DNA from: Acidimicrobiia bacterium
GTDB lineage: Bacteria > Actinomycetota > Acidimicrobiia > Spongiisociales > ZC4RG35
Assembly: GCA_965203555.1 (NCBI GenBank)
Contig: CBDBCY010000004.1
Coordinates: forward strand, 1,920,001 to 1,984,000
DNA length: 64,000 nucleotides
Reading direction: 5' to 3'
The notes beneath the pieces are model-generated. The model was not told the DNA's origin, searched no databases, and saw only the letters and a program-made list of their open reading frames with translations. Below are positions 30,678 through 41,754 of the stretch, piece after piece. The position numbers and the translations under genes were made by a program. The number at the start of each line of letters is the position of its first letter. The stretch's first letter is position 1.

Positions 30678-32104
30678 ACGAACCCCGACGCCGATCAGCA
30701 CCGGCGGCTCGGCGAATGGGTGACTCCTATCAGGACCTAGTTGCTCTCAATTACTGCCTCAAGGCGCTGTCACCGGCTTCGACGATTCGCTACATCCGGT
30801 TAGAGGCAGACGGCGCCGGGATCCTTGACGATGTGGTAGTGGAAACCCAGCCTGGTCAACCGAATCTCTACATCCAGACCAAACTGACGGTCACCCCAGA
30901 ACCGTGCGACTTGCATTGGCTGATGTCGCCCTCGAACAAAGCAGGCGAAAGTCTGCTGCAACGCATGTACAAGAGCTGGGACAGACTAGGCCGAGAGAAC
31001 GCTCAAGCAGAACTCGTCACAGCACGAGAAGCGGCACTCGATGACCCGGTCTTCGGCCGCCGCGACAACAGAACCGGGCGAATCGACGATGTAGTTGCCG
31101 CGACTCCAGGGCTGCTTAATCGGATCGCAAAACATCTCAAAACGTCAGCCGCAGCGGTCCAAGAATTCCTCGAACATACTCGTTTCACAACCGCATACGC
31201 GTTCACTCACGCTGAAGAACTCGTCACTGTCCAACTCCTTCAACGAAATGTCGCCAACGCTGAGGCGGTCATTCGCGAAGCGCGCACGATAGTAAACGAC
31301 TGGATACAAGAGGGCCATCGGACCATGCCTGTCGGAGAAATCCGAGCAATATTAGGGCAGTTGTTAGGATCACAAATCCCTTCCGCTACGCTCGTCATCG
31401 AGGCGATCGACGACGACCCGGCTGGCCGAGGGGCCGACGCATGGTTGGACTGGCGATGGGCTTTCCCAGGAGACACCCCCTACGAACGCCGCGGTGCCCT
31501 CAGCGCGGCAATCTGGAATGACGCATTGTGGCCAGACCTAGTCAATGGAGTCCGCAATCTCAGCAATGCAGAGGGCAGCACCATTGCTATCGGAGGCAAG
31601 ATGCGTTTGTCCTGCTGGTTCGCTTGCGGTGCCGCTCTCACGCATTCCACTGGCACGGAGGTAACTTGTTTGTGGGGTCCTCGCTGGTCCTCTACAGAAC
31701 TACCCGAGGGCAAGGGTCTCGAGATCGTTAAGGAGGCAGAGATCGGCAGGGGCTCAGAAGCAGCAATCGCCGTCAGCCTCAGCACCGACATCACCGCTGA
31801 CGTCGTCGCTCATATCAAGGAGAACAGTCTCCCGATATCCAGAATCTACACACTCAGCCTGGCATCTGGCACAGGATCCCGGGCAGTCTACTCAGGTGGC
31901 CACGCCGTGAGAATCGCCGAGACATTGCGAAACCACGCGCGCGAACTACGAACTCCCGAACCTATCCACCTCTATATGGCCGCACCTGCAGGGGTAGCGC
32001 TGCTCGCAGGACACCTCTGGAATCACACTCCACCGACTCAACTCTATGAACCGCTCGGCGCAGGATTGGGATATCAGCCCTCCTTTCGGATAGGGCCCCG
32101 CTGA
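30674..32104 (+). CDS. cap4: CBASS effector: DUF4297-like endonuclease plus SAVED domain (Cap4-like)
   Basis: GDSYQ...LDDVVV...YIQTK restriction-endonuclease-like motif; C-terminal SAVED motif IHLYMAAPAGVALLAGH..N....QLYE. Confidence 0.82.
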   Translation: MNEPRRRSAPAARRMGDSYQDLVALNYCLKALSPASTIRYIRLEADGAGILDDVVVETQPGQPNLYIQTKLTVTPEPCDLHWLMSPSNKAGESLLQRMYKSWDRLGRENAQAELVTAREAALDDPVFGRRDNRTGRIDDVVAATPGLLNRIAKHLKTSAAAVQEFLEHTRFTTAYAFTHAEELVTVQLLQRNVANAEAVIREARTIVNDWIQEGHRTMPVGEIRAILGQLLGSQIPSATLVIEAIDDDPAGRGADAWLDWRWAFPGDTPYERRGALSAAIWNDALWPDLVNGVRNLSNAEGSTIAIGGKMRLSCWFACGAALTHSTGTEVTCLWGPRWSSTELPEGKGLEIVKEAEIGRGSEAAIAVSLSTDITADVVAHIKENSLPISRIYTLSLASGTGSRAVYSGGHAVRIAETLRNHARELRTPEPIHLYMAAPAGVALLAGHLWNHTPPTQLYEPLGAGLGYQPSFRIGPR

Positions 32105-32910
32105 CCCAACCACCACCCTTCCCCCGCAACGTGGAGATTGAGCGAACGGTGGAGAGTGCACCCCTGTTACGGATTGCCTCCCGTTCCTGAGGCAGAGAGA
32201 AATGCCTGGTAACGGTGTCTTTCGGGGAGCGTGGTGCAGAAGTGCCACACCCAGAGCATTCCTCCGCTTGGCCAAGATCGGAGAATACGCAGAAACGATG
32301 TGTACATCCATTGAGCACCTCAGGGTAAAGTGGAATACTGAATTTCTTGGCCGTCGCAGATTGTCCCAGCATCCCTGCGCCGACAAGACCGCCGACACTA
32401 AAAGGTTGGCTTAACGCACCTCCAGCGGAAGAGGCGCCCATAGAGAGTACGTTACGGTTTTCTGGACAACCGGGAGCGGCGGGGCCTCTCTCCCGACACC
32501 TAGCCGAGCGACGCCGAGGTCCAGTGCTACTCGTCGGCGAACGAACATCGTTCCCCGCTCGGGAGAGACGGAGCTGTCATACCGGGCGGGGCCGACCGTC
32601 GTATGAGCGGGTTCCAGCGTTTTCGAGGAGGCGAGTGGTGGGTGGACACGTTACCAATTCCGCCACTCGTCGATGACTGATCTCGATGAAGCGTGAGCGT
32701 CCACCGTCCTGTTGCAGGCCAAGAGCTGACACCAAGACTCCGCACCGTAGCCATTTATACAAGACCCCATCGACGAAGCGGTCGCAGAATTGAGCGCCAC
32801 TCGACTAAGAATGGTAGCTTCGACAGCCGCCGCTCCCCGGTTCGTGGTTGTTCACAACCGGGATGGGAACATCGACTGGACTGCCACTCTGGCCGTCTAT
32901 TGTTGTGCCC

Positions 32911-35286
32911 GTGCTCACGCTGCCCCAACTAGAGCGCCATCTCTTCGCCGCGGCCGACATTTTGCGGGGGAAGATGGACGCGTCGGAGTTCAAGGAGTAC
33001 ATCTTCGGAGCATTGTTCTTGAAGAGGGCGAGCGATGTGTTCGAGCAAGAGCGTCGGCTGGTCATCCAGGATCAGCTGGTACGGGGACGTTCATTGGAGG
33101 AAGCCCACTATCGAGCCGATGATCCCGATTTTTACAAGGACGCGTTCTTCGTTCCATCCGAGGCTCGCTGGCGGCACCTTCGTGACCATATCCATCATCA
33201 GGTGGGCCATGGGCTGAACAGGGCGCTCGGCGCGCTGGAGGAGAGCAATCCTTCTCTGGAGGGTGTGCTGCAGCACATCGACTTCAACCGGCGAGTCGGC
33301 AGGACAACCGTTACGGATAGGAAGTGGCGCGACCTCATCGATCACTTTTCGAAGTACCGGCTCCGCAACGAGGACTTCGAGTTCCCCGACCTGCTCGGTG
33401 CCGCATACGAATATCTGATCCGAGACTTTGCCGACTCGGCTGGTAAGAAGGGAGGCGAGTTTTACACACCCCGTCCTGTCGTGCAATTGATGGTGCGCCT
33501 TGTCGATCCGCAGGAGGGAATGGCTGTCTACGACCCGTGCTCGGGTTCGGGCGGCATGTTGATCTATGCCCGCAACCATGTTGCTGACAATGGTGGTGAT
33601 CCCGCCAATCTGGTTCTGGCTGGGCAGGAGAACAATGGCACCACTTGGTCGATTTCGAAAATGAATATGCTGCTCCATGGCATCAGAGACGCTGACCTCC
33701 GCAACGACGACACTCTCACCAACCCCGAGCACGTCCGTGACGGTGAGTTGGTCCGATTCGATCGGGTGATCACCAATCCCCCGTTCAGCCAGAACTACGA
33801 CAAGACCTCGCTCACCCACACCGAACGGTTCCGCTACGGCTACACACCCGAAGGAGGCAAGAAGGCCGACCTTATGTTCCTCCAGCACATGCTGGCTGTC
33901 CTAAAGCCCAACGGGATTCTCGCCACGGTCATGCCCCACGGTGTGCTGTTCCGAGGCGGCGCGGAAGGGACCATACGCCGAGCCATCATCGAAGACGACC
34001 TTCTCGATGCGGTGATCGGTCTGGGCCCGAACCTGTTCTACGGCACCGGCATCCCCGCCGCCATCCTGATCCTGCAAGCTAAAGGCTCCAAACCTCCAGA
34101 ACGGAAGGGCAAGGTGCTGTTCATCAACGCCGACCGCGACTACGGCGAAGGCCGCGCCCAGAACCACCTACGCCCACGCGACGAAGAGAAAATCACCGCC
34201 ACCTACCGAAACTTCGCCGATGTCAACGGTTTCGCGAAGGTCGTCACTCTTGACGGACTGGCCGAAAACGACTTCAACTGCAACATCCGACGCTACGCCG
34301 ACAGCGCCCCGCCACCCGAACCCCACGACGTTCGAGCACACCTCCACGGCGGCGTGCCAATCGCGGAGATAAAGGACGCCAAAGACCAACTGGAAGAAGC
34401 TGGCCTCGAAGCCGACCTACTGTTCTCCGACCAAGGCAACGGCTACGCCGAGTGGTGCCAACCAGTCAATAGTTTGGATGGGCGGGATGCTGCGCACTGC
34501 GTTATTAGCCGGGCTGTCGCGGCCAAGGCAGCCATCAGCCCTTGGCCCCGCTGGTGGGCCAACACCGTCGAACCCATGCTCCGCCAGCTACCCGACGCCG
34601 GCATCCTCGTTGGCCAACGTGACCAACTCGTCAAGGACTTCACAGCCCACATGGTCCCAGCTGGCATGGACCGCTTTTCCGCTGCAGGCATGGCCGCCAC
34701 TTGGTGGGAACAGACCTTCCATGAACTCCAAACCGCCGCCAACCGAGGCTGGAAAGCAGTGATCGAAGCATGGCTGACCACTGCCGAAGCCAGCAAAGAC
34801 GACAAGAAGGCTCCCAACATCGTCGACCAGACCGCCATCAAGCTTCTCGCCGCGGCCCAGTTAGCCAAACGAGCCGATCTTGCAGCCGAGCACACCCTCC
34901 TCGACACCGAGATCAAAACCGCCAACAACAGAAATAGCGGGCGCGGCAACGCAGCCCTGAGCCCGGCCGAGATCAAAACACTGAAATCGGCTCGCGCCAA
35001 AATCAAGCGACAACTCAAGGTCATCGACGCCTCACTGCTCACCACAGCCACCCAAACCCTCCGCACCATGAAGGCAGCCGACGCTCCTACCCACGCCATC
35101 GGCGCGCTCTGCAACCGCATCGAGAAACTCGTAACCGACCATTTCGCCACTATCGAAAACAACACCCTCGCCTGGTACAACAACCTCGCAAACAAATACG
35201 CTGTCCCCCTCCACGAACTCGAAACCCAACGAGACAACGCCGTCGCCCGACTCGAACAGCACCTTAAGGAACTCGGCTATGAGTGA
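32911..35286 (+). CDS. hsdM: Type I restriction-modification methyltransferase subunit with long C-terminal extension
   Basis: [32 protein letters not shown]; GTG 32911 follows TATTGT -10-like box (ORF can extend to 32848). Confidence 0.95.
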   Translation: MLTLPQLERHLFAAADILRGKMDASEFKEYIFGALFLKRASDVFEQERRLVIQDQLVRGRSLEEAHYRADDPDFYKDAFFVPSEARWRHLRDHIHHQVGHGLNRALGALEESNPSLEGVLQHIDFNRRVGRTTVTDRKWRDLIDHFSKYRLRNEDFEFPDLLGAAYEYLIRDFADSAGKKGGEFYTPRPVVQLMVRLVDPQEGMAVYDPCSGSGGMLIYARNHVADNGGDPANLVLAGQENNGTTWSISKMNMLLHGIRDADLRNDDTLTNPEHVRDGELVRFDRVITNPPFSQNYDKTSLTHTERFRYGYTPEGGKKADLMFLQHMLAVLKPNGILATVMPHGVLFRGGAEGTIRRAIIEDDLLDAVIGLGPNLFYGTGIPAAILILQAKGSKPPERKGKVLFINADRDYGEGRAQNHLRPRDEEKITATYRNFADVNGFAKVVTLDGLAENDFNCNIRRYADSAPPPEPHDVRAHLHGGVPIAEIKDAKDQLEEAGLEADLLFSDQGNGYAEWCQPVNSLDGRDAAHCVISRAVAAKAAISPWPRWWANTVEPMLRQLPDAGILVGQRDQLVKDFTAHMVPAGMDRFSAAGMAATWWEQTFHELQTAANRGWKAVIEAWLTTAEASKDDKKAPNIVDQTAIKLLAAAQLAKRADLAAEHTLLDTEIKTANNRNSGRGNAALSPAEIKTLKSARAKIKRQLKVIDASLLTTATQTLRTMKAADAPTHAIGALCNRIEKLVTDHFATIENNTLAWYNNLANKYAVPLHELETQRDNAVARLEQHLKELGYE

Positions 35287-36370
35287 ATGGAGGCTCACAA
35301 CACTGGGTCGCGTTACAACGATCTCAAGTGGCAGTATTCCGCCGAGACAGAACGGTGCCTATGACGTCATGGGTGCCAATGGGCGAATTGGCGCGGCTGC
35401 CGAGGCAAACTTCGGCCCGGGCTACCTTGTTGGTCGTGTGGGTGCAGTAGGGGTCATCACGAAAGTTGTTAGTCGTTGTTGGGCCTCGGACAACACTCTG
35501 ACGGTGGTGCCCAACGCTTTCATCAATGAATCCTTCCTGGGTCACATGCTGAACGTCCTGGATCTTCAGCGCTTGGCAACAAAGACTGCCCAGCCTCTCC
35601 TTATCCAATCTGAACTCCGAAAACGGAAGATCAGCCTGCCGCCGTTGGAGGAGCAGCGGCGGATCGCAGAAGTCCTGGACACGATCGAGGAAACCATCCA
35701 GGCTACAGAAGTCACCATCACCAAGTTGACCGTCGTGGCGCACGCTGTCCAGCACCAGATCATCTTGACAGGAGGTCGTCAGTCAACGACACTTGCCTCC
35801 CTTGCGAAACTCTACGGAGGTAACGGATTCCCGGAAGATGAACAGGGGCGCCCGAGTGGCTCTCTGCCTTTCTACAAGGTGAGTGACATGAACATCGCCG
35901 GTAACGAGAAATTCTTGTCTAAAGCCAACAACTACGTTGAACCCGACACAGCAAAACGCAGAAGGTGGCGGGTTCTTCCACCCGGTGCTGTTGTGTTCGC
36001 AAAAGTCGGTGCCGCTCTATTGAGTAACAGGCGCCGAATCCTGACAGTTTTCTCAATCATTGACAACAACATGATGGGTGCTGTACCCCGACAGGTTGTT
36101 TCAACGGAGTGGCTCTATCGGTGGTTACAGACTGTTGACTTTGCCGACCTTGTCCAAGTTGGAGCACTGCCGTCCGTCAATCAGAGCCTGGTCGGAAGTC
36201 TGACGCTTGATCTACCGCCGAGTGGGGAACAGGCACGTCATGTCGAAGTTCTTGACGCCTACGATTCTCGGATTAACGCCGAGAAAGCTCAGTTAAAAAA
36301 GTACGAACAGGTTAGAGATGGTCTCGCAGCTGATTTGCTTTCTGGCCGTGTCCGGACGGTAGCAGCGTGA
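35279..36370 (+). CDS. hsdS: Type I R-M specificity subunit
   Basis: Two TRD repeats with [15 protein letters not shown] and LPPSGEQ...LD; ends DLLSGRVR. Confidence 0.92.
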   Translation: MSEWRLTTLGRVTTISSGSIPPRQNGAYDVMGANGRIGAAAEANFGPGYLVGRVGAVGVITKVVSRCWASDNTLTVVPNAFINESFLGHMLNVLDLQRLATKTAQPLLIQSELRKRKISLPPLEEQRRIAEVLDTIEETIQATEVTITKLTVVAHAVQHQIILTGGRQSTTLASLAKLYGGNGFPEDEQGRPSGSLPFYKVSDMNIAGNEKFLSKANNYVEPDTAKRRRWRVLPPGAVVFAKVGAALLSNRRRILTVFSIIDNNMMGAVPRQVVSTEWLYRWLQTVDFADLVQVGALPSVNQSLVGSLTLDLPPSGEQARHVEVLDAYDSRINAEKAQLKKYEQVRDGLAADLLSGRVRTVAA

Positions 36371-39300
36371 CTTTGGGGCCGGAGTGGGAAATGGTCGAGT
36401 GGCCGTTGTTGGAGCATCTTTCTTCGCTTGGCTGGGATACGTTGGTCTGGTCGGAACGTCAGCCAACCGACGGCGTGGCGCGGATGTCGGATCGTGATGT
36501 TCTTCTTGAGGAACGGCTGGGTCCCGGGTTGCTGAGGATAAACCGTGGACCGAACGGCCTGCCGTGGCTTGACGAAGTTCGGATCAAGGAGGCGGTTGCG
36601 GAGTTGGGGTCGATGCCGGCGGGGGCGAAGCTATTGGAGGCGAACCGAGTGTCGACGGATTTGTTGCTTCGAGGGGTTACGGTTGCGGGGCTCAATGGGT
36701 GGGATGGCGGTCGGGATCGGACCATCGATTACATCGATTGGAACAACTGGAAAGCCAATGACTTTCTTGCGGTGTCGCAGTTCCCGATCGCGACGCCGGG
36801 TAAGGCACCGAACATTCGACCCGACGTGACGTTGTTTGTGAACGGTATACCGTTGGTGGTGATCGAGGCCAAGCCTCCCGGCACCGCCAGCGGAATAGCG
36901 GACGCAGTAGATCAACTCCGCCGGTATGCCAACCAGCGAGGTGCCGAGGTTCCCGAGGGTGCGGAGCAATTGTTCTGGACGAATCAGTTCACTGTGGCTA
37001 CTACCGGTGAGCGGGCCGAGGCGGCAACGTTCACGGCGTTGCCTGAGCATTACATGGCTTGGAAGGATCCTTTCCCTTCCACGGTTGAGGAGGTAGCCGC
37101 CTCGTTGAGCAAACCGGTGGAGGCGGTTACTCAGCAGGAAGTGTTGACGGCTGGGATGTTGGCGCCGCAGCGGTTGCTGGACATTGTGAGGCATTTCACG
37201 GTGTTTATGGAGACCGGCCCGGGTCGTACAGTCAAGATCGTTGGGCGGTATCAGCAGTATCGGGGTGTCCACAAGGCGATGCGACGGTTGCTCACCGGCG
37301 CGACCAGAGCGGAGGATGGGGAGAGTGATCGCCGTGGTGGGATCGTCTGGCATACGCAGGGTTCCGGCAAGAGCCTGACGATGGCGTTTCTGGTCCGGGT
37401 GATGCGAAGCCATCCCGATTTGAGAAGGTTCAAGATTGTGCTGGTCACGGATCGGGTTGCTATTGAGCGGCAGCTTCGTGAGACAGCGGCGCTGGTTGGG
37501 GAGACCGTCAGGGTGGCCCGCAAGGGTGGGGAGGTTCGGGGGTTGGTTGGTCGCCCAGGGCCGGGTTTGGTGATGGTGATGATCCAGAAGTACCGGGACA
37601 TGTCGCCGGGTGGCAGCGGAGGCGGGGTTGGAAAGGAGACGTTCGGGACGTTAAACGAGTCGGAGGCGATCCTGGTGATGGTGGACGAGGCTCACCGATC
37701 TCATGGTTCGATTCTGCACGCCAATCTGATGGCTGCCCTGCCGAACGCGACCCGGATCGGGTTTACGGGCACTCCGATAATTATGGGCAAACGGAAAATG
37801 ACACGCGACATCTTCGGTGGGTATTTGGACAGGTATACGCTGGCTGACTCGGAGGCGGACGGGTCGACGGTGCCGATCTTCTACGAGGGCCGCACAACTG
37901 ACGCGGCCGTCAAGGGAGCTTCTAGGATGGACACGGTCTTTTTCAGGTGGTTCTCTGGGCTGACCGATGACCAGAGGCAGATTCTTCAGCAGAAGTACGC
38001 CACAGTCGCGCAGGTGCTTGAAGCTCCGGAGTTGATCAAGGCGAAGGCAAAGGACATCCTTCGTCATTACATCAGCACTGTGTTGCCGGACGGTTTCAAG
38101 GGCATGATCGTTGCTACCAGCCGGGAGGCTTGTCTCCGATATTTCAAAGCTTTGAACAAGGCTCGCGATGAACTCATTGACGAGATTAAGCGAATGGACC
38201 CGGATCAGCACGACATGGCCAGCACCCCGAGGTTCCCCCATTTGTCGTCGGCGGAGACCGCTGCTTCCCATAGTGAGCTGCTAGCCAGCATCGAGTTCGC
38301 CCCGGTGATCTCCGCAGATCACAACGATCCGCCGGATTACGCCCCATGGACCGACAAACAGCGTCAACAGGCACATATCGACAGCTTCAAGCTCCCACTT
38401 GGCTCCGCCGATGACGAACACAGTCCACTTGCGCTGTTGATCGTGAAGTCGATGTTGCTGACCGGGTTCGACGCACCGCAAGCGCAGGTTCTCTACCTCG
38501 ACCGCTTGATCCAGGAGGCTGAACTGCTCCAAGCCGTCGCTCGCGTCAACCGCACCGCACCGAAGAAGTCGTACGGACTGGTGGTCGATTACTACGGCGT
38601 GTCTGCTCAACTGTCCCAGGCTCTCGCCGCCTACGCCAACGCTGAGGGCGAGATCGTCGATCCCGACGTTGACGGGGCGCTCCGGTCGCTCGCCATCGAG
38701 ATCGAAAAGCTCGAACCGCAACGCCAACGCGTCAGGCAGTTCTTCGTCCAGCGCGGTGTCAAACCGGCCCCGGCCAACGAAGCGATCGAAGCCTGCGTTC
38801 AACTGCTTGCCGACGAACGGCTCCGGGCCGAGTTCGATATTGCACTGCGAGCCTTCTTCACCACCTTCGACACTGTCCTGCCGAGGCCGGAAGCACTGCC
38901 GTTCGTAGCGGATGTCAACCTCTTCGGTGAGATCCAGATCAGAACCCGACGCCGATATCGAGACACGCCCGATGGTGACTTCGATCCCCACAAATACAAG
39001 GAGAAGGTCCGACGTTTGATCGACCAGCACATCACGGTTCTGGACCTCAGCCAGAAGATCCAACCCTTGAAGATCAATGACCCGACCTTTGGCATTCACG
39101 TCAAAGGGATGGGTTCGGATCGGGCCATGGCGTCTGAGATGGAACACGCCGTACGTCACCACATCCGCACCCATGTTGACGAGGACCCCGCCTACTACGG
39201 CAAGTTGTCGGAGCGGATCGACGAGATCCTCGATCGGCTGGAGGACCGGTGGGAACAGATCGCGTTCGAATTGGAGGGGATGATCGACGAGATCAACGCC

Positions 39301-39618
39301 GGCCGCACCGATAGAGACCATACGGGCCTGGATCCGACTACCGAGCTCCCGTTCTACGGTCAAATGGTCGACAGAGTCGCGAGTTCAGCGCCGGAAACCA
39401 CCGAGCGTCTCATCCAACTCACCGTCGAACTTGTTGCCAGGATCGGCCGGATCATCGGTGTGGTGGGCTTCTGGGACAACGCCACCAAGCAAGACGAACT
39501 TCGGAAGGCTATCAAGCGAACGCTCGACGGGAGTGATCTGTTCGCTTTCTCCAGCCTTGACGAGTTGGCTGTCGAACTTGTCGCCCTCGCCAAAGCCAAC
39601 CAGCACCGCCTGTCATGA
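36367..39618 (+). CDS. hsdR: Type I R-M restriction subunit
   Basis: RPD..LFVNGIPLVVIEAK nuclease, WHTQGSGKS, DEAH, FTGTP, MLLTGFD, QAVARVNR. Confidence 0.96.
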   Translation: MTLGPEWEMVEWPLLEHLSSLGWDTLVWSERQPTDGVARMSDRDVLLEERLGPGLLRINRGPNGLPWLDEVRIKEAVAELGSMPAGAKLLEANRVSTDLLLRGVTVAGLNGWDGGRDRTIDYIDWNNWKANDFLAVSQFPIATPGKAPNIRPDVTLFVNGIPLVVIEAKPPGTASGIADAVDQLRRYANQRGAEVPEGAEQLFWTNQFTVATTGERAEAATFTALPEHYMAWKDPFPSTVEEVAASLSKPVEAVTQQEVLTAGMLAPQRLLDIVRHFTVFMETGPGRTVKIVGRYQQYRGVHKAMRRLLTGATRAEDGESDRRGGIVWHTQGSGKSLTMAFLVRVMRSHPDLRRFKIVLVTDRVAIERQLRETAALVGETVRVARKGGEVRGLVGRPGPGLVMVMIQKYRDMSPGGSGGGVGKETFGTLNESEAILVMVDEAHRSHGSILHANLMAALPNATRIGFTGTPIIMGKRKMTRDIFGGYLDRYTLADSEADGSTVPIFYEGRTTDAAVKGASRMDTVFFRWFSGLTDDQRQILQQKYATVAQVLEAPELIKAKAKDILRHYISTVLPDGFKGMIVATSREACLRYFKALNKARDELIDEIKRMDPDQHDMASTPRFPHLSSAETAASHSELLASIEFAPVISADHNDPPDYAPWTDKQRQQAHIDSFKLPLGSADDEHSPLALLIVKSMLLTGFDAPQAQVLYLDRLIQEAELLQAVARVNRTAPKKSYGLVVDYYGVSAQLSQALAAYANAEGEIVDPDVDGALRSLAIEIEKLEPQRQRVRQFFVQRGVKPAPANEAIEACVQLLADERLRAEFDIALRAFFTTFDTVLPRPEALPFVADVNLFGEIQIRTRRRYRDTPDGDFDPHKYKEKVRRLIDQHITVLDLSQKIQPLKINDPTFGIHVKGMGSDRAMASEMEHAVRHHIRTHVDEDPAYYGKLSERIDEILDRLEDRWEQIAFELEGMIDEINAGRTDRDHTGLDPTTELPFYGQMVDRVASSAPETTERLIQLTVELVARIGRIIGVVGFWDNATKQDELRKAIKRTLDGSDLFAFSSLDELAVELVALAKANQHRLS

Positions 39619-40388
39619 CCGCTACCGCAGTATTAGCTCTCCACGATCTCCCTGAGTTGGTAGTAGGAGACCTCGTTTTCAAAGTTGTTCCGGCATGCCG
39701 GCGCAAGACAATCGAGATCGTTGTCGAACGCGACGCGTCGCTAGTTCTCAAGGCTCCACCAACCGTGACAATCGAACGCGCAACGAGATTCGTTGCCGAA
39801 AAACGCCAATGGGTCTACCGCAAACTGGTCGAGAAGGACGCACTAATCGGTCCACCAGTCGTCAAGAAGTTTGTCGAAGGAGAAGGGTTCGCCTACCTCG
39901 GCCGCAGCTACCGACTAACCCTCACCCCCGAGGGGACCTGCGTTCGCCTCCATCAAGGCCGGTTCCATCTCCCCGCCGCGCAGGCAGACCAGGGCACTGC
40001 TGCCATGCGTCGCTGGTACACCGATGTCGGTAGCAAGTGGCTCCAAAAGAGGATCTGCCCTTGGGCTGCCCGACTCGGAGAACGATCAGTAGCCGTCGAA
40101 GTCCGCGACCTGGGCTTCCGGTGGGGCTCAGCACGTCCTCACAAAGGGCACCAACACATCAACATCCACTGGGCCACCCTTCAACTGCCCCCGACCCTCA
40201 TCGACTACATCCTGGTTCACGAACTCGCCCATCTGCCCGAGGCCAACCACGCCCCCGAATTCTGGTCGATCGTCGCACGCCTGATGCCGGGATACCAGTC
40301 ACAGAAAACTGCTCTAGCTTCTGTCGGCAAAAGCGTGTGGCTGGGTTCCTCGATCAACCGAGGCGTTGAGTGGTATCTCGAAAAGTGA
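39615..40388 (+). CDS. YgjP/DUF45 (M48-like) metal-dependent hydrolase
   Basis: GE.F.YLG..Y.L, RWGS, DYILVHELAH....NH..EFW; ATGA overlap with hsdR. Confidence 0.9.
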   Translation: MTATAVLALHDLPELVVGDLVFKVVPACRRKTIEIVVERDASLVLKAPPTVTIERATRFVAEKRQWVYRKLVEKDALIGPPVVKKFVEGEGFAYLGRSYRLTLTPEGTCVRLHQGRFHLPAAQADQGTAAMRRWYTDVGSKWLQKRICPWAARLGERSVAVEVRDLGFRWGSARPHKGHQHINIHWATLQLPPTLIDYILVHELAHLPEANHAPEFWSIVARLMPGYQSQKTALASVGKSVWLGSSINRGVEWYLEK

Positions 40389-41539
40389 GGCTGCGCGTTT
40401 TTGTGGGGAGCAGGGTTTAGGGAGGGGTCCTTGGTTAGGGGTTGAGGCCTCGCTGGAATAGGTGGTGTAAGCGAATCGCCTATCCAGGAGGCCTCGATGA
40501 ATGATGTTATGTCGGTCCGGTTGCACCTGCGTGGTGTGAGGGTGACCGAGGTGATGGTTGACACCCTCACAGAGCTGGTGGTGGGAGTTGTTTCGGTGAA
40601 AAAGCTGTCCTTGTGTCCCTATTGTGGTCGGTCCTGCCGGCGGGTGCACGACCGGCGTCAGCGGCGGATCCGCGATCTGGAAGTGAGTGGACGTTTGACC
40701 GTGCTGTTGTGGATCCAGCGACGGTACGTATGCGATGGGTGCGGGAAAACGGCACATGGAAACCCACCCCCAGTTTCTGGGCGGTATAACGCGTCGCCTG
40801 GCCCGCCGACTGGTCTCATCTGATCCGAACCCGGCGGCGCCGACAGAGATGCCGGGTGCTTCTGATCGACGAAACATCGATCAGGAAACGCCACCGCTAT
40901 GTGACCGTGATCGCCAACGGCGACACCGGCGAGATACTGTCCATGTTCCCCGGACGCTCCAAACAAGCCTTGAGCAGGTTCTTCATCGAACAGGGACCCC
41001 GCTGGTGCCAGAACGTGCAGACCGTGGTCTCAGACGGTTCCCGCTCCTATCAGGCGGCCATAGTCCGCTACCTTCCTTCGGCCCGTCATGTCCTGGACCG
41101 GTTCCACGCCGCTCGCCGGTATCACCGAAGGTCTCACCCTGGATGCGCCGGGACCTGCAACGCCAGCCGCCAGGCGTCAAACCCGCCTGGCGCCCGGATC
41201 TGTTCCGCGCCCGGTTCGTGCTCCTCAAGAGAAGGGACCATATCACCCCAAAAGAGCAGAAACGTCTCAAACGGCTGTTCGAGGCGTATCCGCGTCTGCG
41301 GATCGCCTGGGACGCTCTGCAACAGCTCTACGGCCTGTACGAGGCCAAAGACCTCCCCACCGCGCTCGAGACCCTGGAACGGTTCGTGAAACTGTACGAA
41401 ACCGGCCAGATACCCGAGTACTACCACACCGTAAACACTGTCCTCAACTGGTCAAACGAGATCCTCAACTGGCACCACACCCGACGCTCCAACGGACCCC
41501 TGGAAGGTATCAACAACCTCATCCACTCATACTTATAGG

Positions 41540-41725
41540 TGCCCCTGGGCCGGGGCGGGTCTGACTCCAACCTAACCTGGCCTGTTTGTGCCTTTGGTTT
41601 GATTTGTCGGCCTGCTTCCGGCCTGGGGGCGGCGCTCTCCCGACAGGGCGGCTGTGACCTGATAGGAGCCTTGCTCTTGCCACTTGAGTGGTCCGTCCAC
41701 CGCCTTTTCGGGTCAGGGAGAACAG
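41540..41725 (+). ncRNA. Putative IS110 bridge RNA (target-binding and donor-binding loops)
   Basis: Long stem 41541-41565/41606-41630 and stem CCCGACAGGGCGG/CCGCCTTTTCGGG enclose segments matching target and donor junction sequences. Confidence 0.7.
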
Positions 41726-41754
41726 AACCGATTCTAAATGAGGAGAAGAGACGA

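Noticed and set aside
41539-41754. N-terminal 72 codons of the IS110 ORF
   Set aside because: Region is better explained as the structured bridge-RNA leader; RBS precedes ATG 41755
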